From NCBI RefSeq assembly GCF_003918875.1, contig NW_025767265.1, positions 124,001 through 188,000 of the forward strand: DNA of 64,000 nt, in the 5' to 3' direction. A model generated the notes under the pieces. The model was given only the letters and a program-made list of their open reading frames with translations. It searched no databases and was not told where the DNA came from. Origin of the DNA: Haliotis rubra (taxonomy: Eukaryota). The stretch's first letter is position 1. Every line of letters begins with the position of its first letter. Made by a program: the position numbers and the translations under genes. This document shows, piece after piece, positions 10,973 to 23,455 of this stretch.

Positions 10973-11517
10973 AGCTCTAATTTGGAGTGCTCTTGCATTG
11001 GGAGCCCCCGAAAGTGGTCTTGTCGAAGTTTTGTGCAACCACTCATTTTATACTAGTGCTGGAAGCGTAATTAACCCGTATGGAAGCTTCTAAGCAAGGT
11101 GCACCCATACGTCTTTTTCTCGCTATTCCCTATACTACTTATGTACTTTATAAAGTTTCACCAATGATAAATTGTTTTAGGTGTTACAAATACCGATTAT
11201 CAAGAAAAACACTATTCGTTATGTTTTAATCCTTTATTCTGACATTATTTGATTATTGTAGTTGTATATGGGATAACTGTACAGTTAGTCAGGCATCAAT
11301 GCTCCAAAAATTACATTTTTATGTACTTAGAACAACATGTGGGACTACAAGGGGAACTGATCTCATACCTCTTGTAGAAAGAAGGCGCATTAAGAAAGTA
11401 ACTATTACTATATTGCTATAATCATTATACCCAGTACTATTAAACTTTCGTATGAATATAAACCAAATTTCCTCCGTGGATAATAAGTCTTATCTTACCT
11501 TATCTTAACTAGATATG

Positions 11518-11939
11518 TACTACCCATCAAACGTTTAGACTCACTTAAAGCACTCACTATACGTTATGTATAGTGGTAACATCGAAGATGTATTTATCTA
11601 CTAACTTGGGGGAACCAACTGCAAACCTTATGCAGATGAATTGCACGAGGATCATGCATCAAATTGCTGAAAACCATTGTGCAAATATTGTGCATGTGAA
11701 AAGCTCCGTTTTGGTGTAAATGTTTTTTATGAATTCACCAATTTTCACTGAGTTTCATCATTTATTGAACTCATGACAATAATCTTTTCAACGTTGCAGA
11801 TTTGTTTACAATACATCAGTTCATGTGTAAACAGTACCTTTAAACAGTATGGAATATTTTGCAAATTCTAGTTCAGATCAGTTGACTGAAGTAAGTGGCT
11901 ACATTAACACTAGTGAGTGTAAAGTTTTGATGGGCAGTA
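11518..11939. mobile_element. Tc1-type MITE (~422 bp), copy 1
   Basis: TIR TACTACCCATCAAA.GTTTAGACTCACT. Highly similar to 15985-16408. Confidence 0.85.
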
Positions 11940-13154
11940 TATAAATCATGATATCATCAAATCAGTACATAACGTTATTATCACCGAAGAAGATTTAATC
12001 AATCTTAAGTTTTCATCTGGCCCTTTGCAGAACTAAAAGTATCATTGCTGTATAGATGTTTATATTCATGTATATTGTATGCTTAATGTTATTTATGATA
12101 TCACGTTTGCTTGTTTGCAGATCCAGTTTTTGAACAATATATCAGAAATAAATATGTTAAAACCGAATTTCCATATTACAAACAAACGCACACACACTTG
12201 CTTACTTCTTTAATTGTAGATATTGACTATAGCCTTTGAAGAAAGTCTCATGCTTCAGTGGCTAATGCTAATTACCTGGCTCGCATCTCTCACCTAGCCA
12301 TGACGGCACAGAATAATCTCAAATGTGTAAACTGCAACGGGACACACCCTGCTTCATCTAGGGCATGCCCTGAATATCAAAGGGAATCAAATATAATGTG
12401 AAAAACACATTTCCTATCTTGAACAAAAAAACCTTTACACAAATCAATCTTCAACCCCGTCAAATATCACGTATTCCACTGCAGTCACTTGCTGTGTAGC
12501 AATGTGTTCGGCTGCTTGCCAGACTGACTTGACATGGGTCAAGACAGATAAGCCTGTCTTTTCATCAAAAAAATATACTTCCCAACCCAAAAAAGCTCTG
12601 TCGACGTCTGGGTCTCACACGGAAATCCAGCCTGAGACATCACAATTGACGGTTTTCCAACGAGCCACTTCACAGTCAGCCACTGAGTCATCCAAAACGA
12701 AGGAAGGAAAAAACATAAATAGAAACTTGCCATCTACTTTCATCTAGGTTCTTCTCCAAAATTCATTTGGACCTCTGAATATGGAGGTCACTCTGCCTCC
12801 ACAGGACAGGCGGAGGAAAAGTTCCTCCTCCTATTCACGTGAAAGATCGCCAATTTAGCCCATATAATTCAGCGGAACTGCAGAGTACTTAAAAAAACTT
12901 TAGCTAGATACAGTTTCTAATTCAAGATTTTCAACCGTCAGCATTATGTCTCCAAGAGACATATCTAAAAATACAGATAACTTTCATTTATGACAATACA
13001 GTGTCCATATGAATAATAAAGGTAAAATCCTTGAGGAATTCATTTCCAATAATAATTTATAATGTATTTTCAATGATGATTCAGACACTTATTTACATCT
13101 AGCTACGGGAACATATTCTTCCTTGGATCTGTCACTCGCCGATTCCAACTTATA

Positions 13155-14148
13155 TACTCTTCAAAAAAACAACTATACGTGCTGTTTTGGAGTTACTTAC
13201 TGAGTGCATATAACTAATTCAAACATGACATCATTGCTCAATTACAGTAAAATCATCACTTTACAAATTCCAAAACATTATCCAGAAAGTGTTTGGTAAA
13301 ACCACAGAGGGCTATTAAAGCCACTTGGTAAAATGTCAGTATCTGGTGTGACCACCATGAGCATCGATAACAGCTTGGCAGCGGTGACCCCTAGAAGAAA
13401 GGAGATGCCGAATGCTGTCTTGAGGAAAGTTTTGATACTCTTGCTGAAGTGCTGTGTGCAGTTCTTGTAGTGTCTGTGGTGGCGGATTACGCTGGTGCAA
13501 GCGTCGATCAAGATTATCCCATAGATGTTCAATGGGGGACAAATCGGGTAATCGAGAAGGCCAAGGTAACACCTGAATTTTGTTTTGCTTGGAGAAGTCC
13601 TGTCAAACACGTGCAACAAAGATCAACCGTTGACGTTGATGAAGGGAACGACGTGACGTTGAACTGGTCTTCTGGCAAAAAGTCTGCCTTCCCATAGCCA
13701 ACTGCGCACTGTCTGGTCAGAGATTTGGCACAATCCAGGGATTTGGATTGTTGTGGATGATACGGCCGTGGTGTTTGACCGCAGATCTCTCAACCGGATG
13801 TAGCGATCCTTGGTGGCAGAGGTAATTCTAGGTCGACCTGACCTGGGTCTGTCATTAACACTCCCAGTTTTGTTGTATCGGGTCCATAGGTTTGAGATGA
13901 TTTGTCTGGACACGCTGAAGTGCCTTGCCACCTCATGCTGCGTTGCCCGCCCTTGTAAGCGGCCGATGACGTTGTGTCGTTGAGCTTCTGACAATCTTTT
14001 CATTCTCTTGTCGTCTATAGTGGCTTTAAGCAATACATGTGGAGTACCATTGATGTGGCTTTTTAAAGTCTACACTCATAGGCTTCAGTTCAAGGTGATA
14101 CACAATTTCATGATGCACGTGCATTTTATGTAGGGTGCGTTTTAGCGA
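13155..14148 (-). mobile_element. Truncated Tc1/mariner inserted in the LINE
   Basis: MKRLSEAQRHNVIGRL, RPRSGRPR, WPSRLPDLSPIEHLW, GGHTRY. The central catalytic region is deleted. Only the left terminus (TA-TACTCTTCAAAAAAA) is visible. Confidence 0.85.
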
Positions 14149-15984
14149 TTAACTACAGACGCCAGGACAGAAAGTGTAGGAAGAAAGAAGAAACATATTT
14201 TCGCCGACATCCTACAGTCAATAATTTAGATAAAGTAAACATTTTAAATGCCAAGGCTCGACGCACTTCAAACAGAATAAGTGTCGGTCTTGGAGGAACT
14301 ATGTTTCTAAAATACATTCACGTACACCTATGTCAAAGGTGTAGAACATGGTCCAAAGAATAAAGGGTAAAGGTTACACATCTATTGTACGCCATCTGAA
14401 GGATCTATTAACTAATAAAGCTGAAATAGCAAGTAAAATTGGCGAAACTACCTTCAGTTCTTGCCAAACATTCTTCATCATCCAATTATGTCCCTGGGTT
14501 TCCAGAAACACCAGAAACAACATGAGAGGAAAAGAATCAATTTTAACTCAGACAATGGTGAAGTTTATAATGAATTATTTTCACTATATGGGCTACATAC
14601 CGCCTTTGAGCAAGCTCATGACACAGCAACAGTGGCTGATGGTATCCATTATCAGCTCCTGAAGCATTTGCCTGATTCATGTCTGGAAACACTTCTAGGT
14701 TATAATTGATAAAATATGGACATCAGGGAATTTTCCACCTTCGTGGCGTAATGATACCCAAGCCTGGCCGAGATCATAGCGATCCTACAAATTACAGACC
14801 AATTACTTTAACGAGTTGTTTCTGTTAAACCATGGAACGAATGGTAAACAATAGACTAATTTGGTATTTAGAAACCAATAAACTAATTACAAATATTCAA
14901 TGTGATTTCCGGAAAAATCGCTGTACTATTAATCATTTAGTACGACTGGAATTCTATCTTAAGAATGCGATTGCAACTAAACAACACATAGTATCAATTT
15001 TCTTTGATTTGGAGAAAACATACGATACCACATATGAAAACGGCATCCTCAAGGATTTACATGATTTTGGTTTAAGGAGTCGTTTACCACTTTTTATATC
15101 ACAGTTTTTAACACACAGGCAATTTCAAGTCCGAGTCGGTTCAACGCCTGTCTGATCATTACAATCAGGATCAGGATGTCCCACAAGGAGGTATGTTGTC
15201 TGAAACATTATTTAGTTTTAAAATATACAGTCTTTCTAAGGTTTTAAATGGTTCAGTTGATTGATCACTTTTGTGGATGATTTTAATGTTTCTTGTCGTG
15301 GTAAAGATAAGCATACAATAGAGAGACAGTTACAACTTTATCTCAATAAAATTCATAAATGGTCAATTGAAAACGGTTTTAAATTCCTAAATCAAAACAA
15401 ACTGTATAAATTTTTGCCATAAACCACATAAAGACCCAGAAATAATTTCAAATGGTACACCCATCAAAGTTGTCAAGGAGGCTAATTTCTTAGAGTTATT
15501 TTTTATTCTCATTTGACTTTTTACACACATTAAATACATCAAAATAAATGCTTGAAGGCACTTGGCTTGTTGAAAGTCGTTTCCAACTCTAAGTGGTGGG
15601 GGATCAAGCTCCCCTCCTACACCTAAATCGATCACTGGTCCGCTTGGAACTTCCTAATGGCTCCATCGTATATGGTTGAGCCTGAAAAAGTAACCTAAAA
15701 CTATTAGATTCTGTCCACCACCAAGGCCTTAGACTTTGCCTTGGGTTTTTAGAACTTCTCCTGTTGACAGTCTCTACGTCGATGCCAATGACCCATCTCT
15801 CAACCAACGCTGTATTAAATTATATTTACAGTATATAACAAAACTATATTCTAACGAGTCTAACCCGGCATTTAACTGTGTTTTCAATCCTCTTTATTAG
15901 GATCTGTGCAACCAAACGTCTTCTCTTATTCCGCCCCTTGGACGGAACCTTTCCTTTCTGCTGCTGACATTGAGCTAGGAAATA

Positions 15985-16408
15985 TACTACCCATCAAAAG
16001 TTTAGACTCACTTAAAGCACTCACTATATGTTATGTATATGTATGTGGTTACATCGAAGATGAATTTCTCCACCAACTTGGGGGAACCAACTGAAAACCT
16101 TATGCAGATGAATTGCACAAGGATGATGCTTCAAATTGCGAAAGGCATGAGCAAATGTCGTGCATGTGAACAGATGCGTTTTGGTGTAAAGTTTTGTTAA
16201 GAATTCGCCAATTTTCACAGATTTTAATCATTTACTGAACTCATGACAATAATCTTTTCAATGTTACGAATATGTTTTACAATACACCAGTTCATAACTA
16301 AACAGTACCTTTAAACAGTATGGAATATTTTGCAAAAGCTAGTTTAGAACAGTGGACAAGTAAGTGGCTACATTTACACTAGTGAGTCTAAACTTTTGAT
16401 GGGTAGTA
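15985..16408. mobile_element. Tc1-type MITE, copy 2, inserted in LINE ORF2
   Basis: Perfect 28-bp TIR TACTACCCATCAAAAGTTTAGACTCACT with TA TSDs. Confidence 0.9.
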
Positions 16409-16789
16409 TATATCTCCTCCCCGTCTTCTTTCTTCTCCTCCTTGGCTATTGGTGCTGTCAGAAGTTGACCTAACACTGGCAACATTTAAAAATCAGAAAC
16501 AAAATAATTACAATATAAACAAGAATTTAATCAGTTAAAGAGTAAATATAATACATACAAATCCTTATTTACAGATGGGTCCAAGGATGGTGGCGCGGTG
16601 GCATGTGCCACTGTCATTGAATCCAGAAAAATATCGTCTTTATCAGTTACACCTACTTGGGTTGTCAGTCCAGATTTGAAGTGGTCATCATCGACGATGT
16701 CGTATTGGCCACACTAGATATACTCACGAATACCTGTTAAAATTTGAGGATCCTCCGTTCTGCATCCCTTGTTTTAATGATAATTATCA

Positions 16790-17660
16790 TGAATTTTAAA
16801 AAGAAACAGATTTGATGCATAAAGATTGATATGTTTTGTAAATAAATCAATGTTTGGTAAATTTAAACTTACGAGGATTTCTAATCATAGTATTTTTGTG
16901 ATTCTAATTTTGGCTAAAGTTTCCAACAATCGCCAGCGGCTAAAATGGATGGTGTAAATCTAAATATGGTCCATGGTCCCTAGTATGGGGATCTCCCTAG
17001 TATGGTGATCTACCTTCAGTTGTTCGCGATCTATTGCCTGTATTTATAATGTATCCTCTTCTATAGTTAAACTGGGTTTTATTTAATTACTAGTAATTAA
17101 TTTATATCTGTGGTAGTATAGTTGTATTACTTTCCTTCGTTCACAGGTATTTATAATTTTCTTTTAATCATCATAAATCTATAACATTAGTCACGATATG
17201 GCTGAAGTATTACCGATGTAAATTTTAAAAGAAACAGAAGTGATACATAAAGTTTGATATGTTTTGTAAATGGATCAATGTTTTATAATTGGTAGTTAAA
17301 CTTACCAGGATTTTTAAACATAGTATTTTTGTGATTTTAATTTTGGTTAAAGTTTCCTACAATCGCCAGCGGCTGAAGGGATGGTGTAAATCCAACTAGG
17401 GCCAATGCAGGTAGCAAAGGTACTGTAAGTTCCCATGGTCCCTAGTATGGTGATCTACCTTCAGTTGTTGGCGATCTATTGCCTGTTTTCATAATGTATC
17501 GTCTTTTATAGTTAAACTGTTTTTTATTTAATTACTAGTGATTCATGTATATCTGTGGTAGTCTAGTTGTTTTACTTTCCTTCGTTGTCAGGTGTTAATT
17601 ATTTTCTTTTAATCATCATAAATGTATTTAGTCACGATATGGCTGAAGTATTACCAATGT
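16790..17660 (+). repeat. Tandem duplication (~430 bp x2) of the LINE 3' UTR
   Basis: AATTTTAAAAGAAACAGA... starts at ~16792 and ~17221. Both units end AGTCACGATATGGCTGAAGTATTACC. Confidence 0.85.
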
Positions 17661-17939
17661 GACTTAAAATCGTAACTCACTCGCTCGTTGAAATGTCGAC
17701 TAATTTCTGTTACTTCAATTATTTTTCTGACTCTTTAAAACTCCGAAGTTCCATTGACCTTCACAATTATTTTCTTTTTCAAAAATTTCGATTGCCGTTT
17801 TATTGCGTCCATTAATTTCTTGCAACTTCAAGTTTCTTTTCATATTATTGTCTCGTTACTGATGCTGTCGTGGTGCCTCTCACAAAACAGTAAACTTGAC
17901 CTCGTATATATCATAATATCACACAAAATCATCTCCTGG

Positions 17940-18990
17940 ACAGGGTTGTTGTTAACGACAAGAGGCGATACAAACTGTACCTTGCCCCTCCAGAAATCTA
18001 GATCTCAATTCCATAGAGCATGTTCGGGACAGTATTGATCGCAGAACATTTATGTATTATAAAAAGGAACCCATCAAGTATGGAATCCATCAAATCCGAG
18101 TATGGAATGGAATTATTCCAACGTCAATTATCCGACGTCTGGTTTGATACAGTCACTGAGAGCAAGTTTATTTTTGTGTTTTCTTCTTGATCTACTGTGT
18201 AATTATTCGTTGAGGGTCAATTATCCAGATAACATGTTCATTTTGGTTTGATTAAGATCCTTTGTCATGTTTAATGGTATCCTATAACAGATCGAGCAAG
18301 TTTATTTCTGTGTTTTTCTTGTGTTAAGATCTACTGTGTATTATTATTCAAAGTTTGATGCTTCATGGTAGCATATTGATCCTATATAAAAATGTTGTGT
18401 TGCAATACTTTCAATGGTATATAGCATTGAAATATGATGCAACTCAGACGCTCAGGTACTTGCAAAGACAATGGTGAACATGAAACGAACTGGTTCATTT
18501 TTGCATACACTCTACAAATATGAAATATGGTTTGGCAACTCAGAAAAGCTGAAGGTACTTGCACAAGACACACCTGGCTACACGAACACCGTGATAAACG
18601 AATTCGTTGCTCGTCCATTTTTTAGAAATTACACTCTACAAATATACAAGACTTGATTAATGGACTTTTGAAAGAAGAAATCGGAAACACACCAGACTTG
18701 AAGCTGGCGCAACAAAATACACCTGGTTGTCAGTTAATGTCATTTGGTCACAGTGATGGACCTCGTTCGTTGCCAGGATGACCCTGACTCCACAGGGATT
18801 TTTCCGTTTATAGCCCCTCCAGCTGGCATGGTCAGCTCTCAATTCAGAGTTTAACCCATAGAACATGTGTGGGGTATTCTTGGAAGACCACTCTCAACAA
18901 ACTTGGCAAGTCGCTGGCAAGTGGCAAGAATGGGGTGGAAAGAACTGACGTGATGGACAAGAAGGCGCTTTGCCAATCAACTGACAAAAA
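17940..18990 (+). mobile_element. Two old Tc1 transposase fragments
   Basis: DLNSIEHV remnant at ~18000 and NPIEHVWGILGR at ~18850. Confidence 0.55.
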
Positions 18991-19167
18991 TCTGTTTGCA
19001 AGTGTCAGTCAGATGTCCCTGTTACACTGTTAAACCATTAATTTCATTAAAGAGTATTTATATAAAGATATATATGAGACTTTCTTTAAATATCCACTTG
19101 ATAATATTTCCATGGTATATAACTTCACAGCAACAATGTAATATTTTCAGCCTAAATAACAAATTAA

Positions 19168-20687
19168 TTATTCACGTTTTTCTTTTGGTCCATGGACAAT
19201 AGTTCTGTAACAGAAGCTGCACGACTTCCATAGAAGAAAAACACACACATGGAGGATGAGCAGGACAAGCCCGATGACATCCAGACACAAATACTGATAC
19301 AACGGCATGTCCTGACAATACGACCTCAGATGGGCGCCGCCATATTTGAGCACATGTTCTATCCAGTAAACAGCTTCATCTTTGGGACTTCGTTCCCGGA
19401 GCTTGGTGATTTCGGCAGCTTTCTTGATTTTCCGTGAGTAGGAAGAATTCTGGATCACTTCATTGATGTTGAATACCAAATCGTCAACAGTAAACGTTTT
19501 CAAATCCATCGCCATACCGAATCCAAAATACCCTAACTTCTTGGCATTATAAGGCTGCTCAGCAAACATGGGAAAACCAATCATGGGAACACCATGCAAG
19601 AAAGCCTCGTTCTGACCATAAGCCCCACAATGGGTGATAAACAATTTAGTGTTTGGATGGGCGAGAAGATCAGACTGCGGCATCCAGTCAGTTAACATAA
19701 TATTCGGAGCAGTGTTAATTTTTTTAGATGTTTTGAAAACATAGTTATACTTTGTCCGAGTAAATGCGTCCAACAGGAGTCGAAAGGTTTTATCCGGGAA
19801 AAGTCTAACCTTGCTTCCGAATGATACAATGATCACTGGCTCTTTCTTTCCTTCCACGAACGTCCTATATGGCTCAGGTAAAGGTTTGATATCAGCTGAT
19901 GATGTTGAACCTACGAACTTCACGCTTGGCAGAGTTGCTTTCGGGTATTCGAAGAGGTTCTTGCACAATTAGCCACAGCCAGCCATTAGCGGTGAGTGTT
20001 TCCATGGTGACATAAGGCATCTCGGGTGCGTATATACCCACAGCGTCGGGGTACGAGAAGGGGTCACTGATATAATACATGGAATGCACAATGAAATTAA
20101 ACATACGATGTCCGAAGTCCATGACCGTTGTAGCGGCTATACCACGGCTTGGATCACTGGCTAGCACCAACGGGGTGCGGCTAGCCTGGGCTTCAAAAAA
20201 AGGTACCGTAGAAAATAAATGGTACATCAAGCTTGTAAGCTATAATGGTCAACATTCTTGGTAATGGTGTTGAATCGAATACTATCAAATCCAAATTCAG
20301 TTTCTCAATCGCATGAAACAGATTCGTGTCACGTAATATCATGTCACATATTTTCCTGAATTCATCAAAAAGGGGAGGCGTTTTATCTTGCTCAAAGAAC
20401 CCAGTGATAGTCTTGTCAAATATATCCGCCTCAATGTCATACCCATCCACTGATTTGTATTTCAGTATATTGACTCCCGATACTTGAAGACCTTCCCGAT
20501 TGGCTAGATATGACGGAAGAGCATTCCAGACCACGTGACCTCGTGCAGCCAGCTCTGCTGCCACGGGCAGACAGCCCCGGATGTGACTGTACTCGGGAAA
20601 GAAAAGGAAGAGGATAGAAGCAGCGTCCAGTCTGGCAACGATCACCATCAGCATCAGAGAAGTGACTGTATACGTCTGCCGAGACAT
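19168..20687 (-). pseudogene. UDP-glycosyltransferase copy 2 with two frameshifts (pseudogene or assembly errors)
   Basis: Three consecutive ORFs (20193-20687, 19892-20230, 19168-19968) rebuild a full UGT: signal peptide, YSHIRG, WMPQ...FAEQ signature, TM helix, KEKRE end. Shifts occur at the A7 run 20195-20201 and at ~19952. Confidence 0.88.
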
Positions 20688-21954
20688 ATTGGCAGATCTG
20701 TTTCCTGTTTCAAAAGAAAATTGGATAAGTGAGTGCATTTTACATTGGATATTAGAGTCAATGCATGACTTCTACCACAAACTGAATCTGCCAAGAAAAG
20801 CCAGGGATAATAGCTTGAACTGCGATCCAGAAACAACGGCCATGTACCATACGCTCCCAAATCCCAGGTGTGTCGAATGGGCTTTACGATGCAGTGGATA
20901 AATGCATCCTTCTGTGCCACGTGTGCGTGCAATGGATGATTGTACTAGCCACATGAGATGTCGTATTTCAACATGGATACAGAGATATTCAGACACAGAG
21001 TTTACAGACTTCCAACCAACCAGTCCTCGTCTTACAGCTCCAGGCACACTAACAACAAGCAGTTTTTAAAGTCTTTTGGTCCTTTCCCACTCATCCGGAT
21101 AACGCCCTATCCATTGATTCATAACATCGATCGGAATTGTATCAGCATGTGTTTGACGAGTTAATATTGTCCAAAATCGTACTCCCATCAATACAATATG
21201 TAAAGTTGTTGTTTGAAAAAGTGTCTAACACGATATGTTATCTACACTTGTCCAATTTATGTCAAGCTCGTCAAAATATGACCAGCTAAGCAGGTTTTGT
21301 CCATGAGAATTGTCAACCTAAACACATTGTTATCATTTCATATGCCTTTAAAGAAGGATACGGGAAGCCGGCAGACAGCGGGACGAACACGGACAGAACA
21401 GCAGAAAGGAAAGCCAGCTAGTTGTACTGCGAGCATAAAAACACCAGTTCTTTGTACGCCTCTATGCCTGTTGTTGTTTGAGGAGGTGTTACCTAGTGCC
21501 AGAGGAGTCCGTAAAATGGATGTGCTACAAGAAAATGCAACACTGCTGATACCGCGATAACAAGAATTCAGTCAGTCACTCTAGTCGCATGTACATAATG
21601 AGCAAGCACATTATGAGTTAACTTACTGAACGTAAATAAGTTCATACACTTACTATGGACTTGTTCTTACTGGCTGGGAAAGTTCAGGGCAGCTTGCAAC
21701 ACACGTGATCGGGTTCCCACTGAAATGTGATGGGTACAGAATGAATCGAGCTATAGCGTCTGTCTTGTCGTGTTGTCCACAGACCACACAGACCATATTT
21801 AGATCCCGCCGAAGGTATCATTACACAATGACACTTAGAAAGTGGTCAAATGTATATATTGACACCCGCGGGAGCCGTGCCAGTTTACACTTATCAGAGG
21901 GGTACACAAAGTCTGCAGTCTAGACTACCAGTTGTCCGACTTCCATTTTTGTGG

Positions 21955-22083
21955 AAGTCGCGGTGGCTGAGCGGGTTAGGTGATGATTAGGTGCCTGACT
22001 CTGAGGATGTGGGTTCGAATCCCGGATGGGACTCAGCCCAACAAAAGTACTAGAATCTGTCCTTTACTACGAAAGTGTGATCC
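21955..22083 (+). mobile_element. tRNA-derived SINE family B
   Basis: A-box GTGGCTGAGCGG and B-box GGTTCGAATCC. Inverted homolog at ~34450-34595. Confidence 0.7.
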
Positions 22084-22520
22084 CAGCATTTAAAATTCCT
22101 GCCGGCACGGTCTATGTTCATATCGGACGGTCAGATTTCAAAAGTAGCCTGTCCGGTGGTCTGGTAGATGTTTTTTACCCCTAACAGTAAATATTTCATA
22201 ATATCAGACAGGTTCTCTTTTCGTCAGTTTGAGGTGTTTAAGGTATTATGATAATTATGTTAAACTATTTACAATTGGACAGTTCATTTTGCAATAACCA
22301 ATCACAACACATGTACTTTCAGTTTACGTAAACTCGGTACATTGCCAGTTAGTGCTATGTTGTTCATTGCGACCCCTATAAACAGTAAAATATTCAGAAA
22401 CCTAATTATTTTGTTTTTCATTGTTGAAAACCGGACAGGCAAGTTTGTTTTCGGACTGGTATTTTTTCAAAGTTACCACTCCGGCTGTCTGGGTTGGGAT
22501 TTTGGGAGTTTTAAACACTG
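22084..22520. mobile_element. MITE-like insertion in the SINE tail
   Basis: Imperfect TIR CAG(CA/TG)TTTAAAA(T/C)TCC, with ATCC duplicated on both sides. Confidence 0.5.
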
Positions 22521-23455
22521 ATCCCAAATATAACACATGTTACCCACCGAAGGTGTCTGTCAACAGTCACAGATCCGTGAACAACATTCAACAAGGCGGA
22601 GAATCAGACCATTTGTGGCTGTGGTTGATGACAAGGAAGGTTTGGATTGCCGACATTTACAATACAGCATTCCTATCTGAGAATGAGACTGACGGTCTGC
22701 TGCACGAAGTCTGTCCTCTAAATGTAGCTTTAATGGTTGTTTGTCAACACTGACCTCGTGCAAAGAGTTCGCTCCCCTGATGCCATAACCGTAAGCTTTC
22801 GACTCGTATCTTGAAATCATGCAACACTGGCGGATGTACGGAGAGCTCCTGAAACCCCGTGACCATGTCCCAAACAGATGGTTGAAGCACATGAATACCG
22901 AGATATACAGTCTCTGAATTCTCCCTGGACTGAAGTTTCAGTCCACCATAAGTTGCACCGTCGTGCTCTCGCCAGTCAGTGAACTTTGACTTTGGACCTG
23001 CTTTCCGATACTTGTTATCTGTAACACTGACCTACTTCCTCTGTACATAAGCTTCACTCAGTGAGGCAGTCCCTGTATTACACGCTGCCGACTGATATGA
23101 CGGCGATGTGGGGATATAGACGTAGTCTGGTACGCGTAGATCGTTGCTTTCAGTCCTCTGTTGTATTTGTCATCCTTGGTTATATCCTGGTGTGGTACAG
23201 TTAGTCTGCAGTGTAAACCGTGTCCACTTCCACACTGATAAACGCATCTGCATAGATAGAGGGTAAACCATGTAAAGGATACATGTATATATATTGTTGA
23301 AGATGTACCAAGAGATGCCATCGAGCAGAATACGATGACACAGAGAGAAATTCTGTATTTCCTCCTGATATCATTCCTAAGATTACAGTTATAATATACA
23401 TTCAATTGTAGGTGGCTAATACAATAAAATTGTATATGAATTGTAAATTCCTATA

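Larger units (their letters stand above)
7623..11139. mobile_element. Unclassified TIR element with Polinton-type AGTAGT termini (~1.98 kb without the nested Tc1)
   Basis: 69-bp TIRs at 7623-7691 and 11071-11139 (66/69 identical). Flanks TCTGT / TATGT form a 5-bp TSD with 1 mismatch. The interior is much more GC/CpG-rich than the flanks. Confidence 0.85.
12297..17690 (+). mobile_element. Nimb/I-clade LINE: ORF1 C-terminus, APE endonuclease, RT, RNase H and 3' UTR (degenerate)
   Basis: CVNCNGTHPASSRACP knuckle (~12323). APE motifs IIQRNCR and LCLQET (12864-12960). RT motifs NYRPITLTSC, MERMVNNRL, FFDLEKTYDT, PQGG and FVDDF. RNase H motif FTDGSKD (~16568). Tail ends ...AACTCACTCGCTC. Confidence 0.9.

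Noticed and set aside
21955-22030. tRNA gene (also the SINE heads at 34177 and 59733)
   Set aside because: A/B boxes are present but there is no clean cloverleaf, and each continues into a repeated SINE body.
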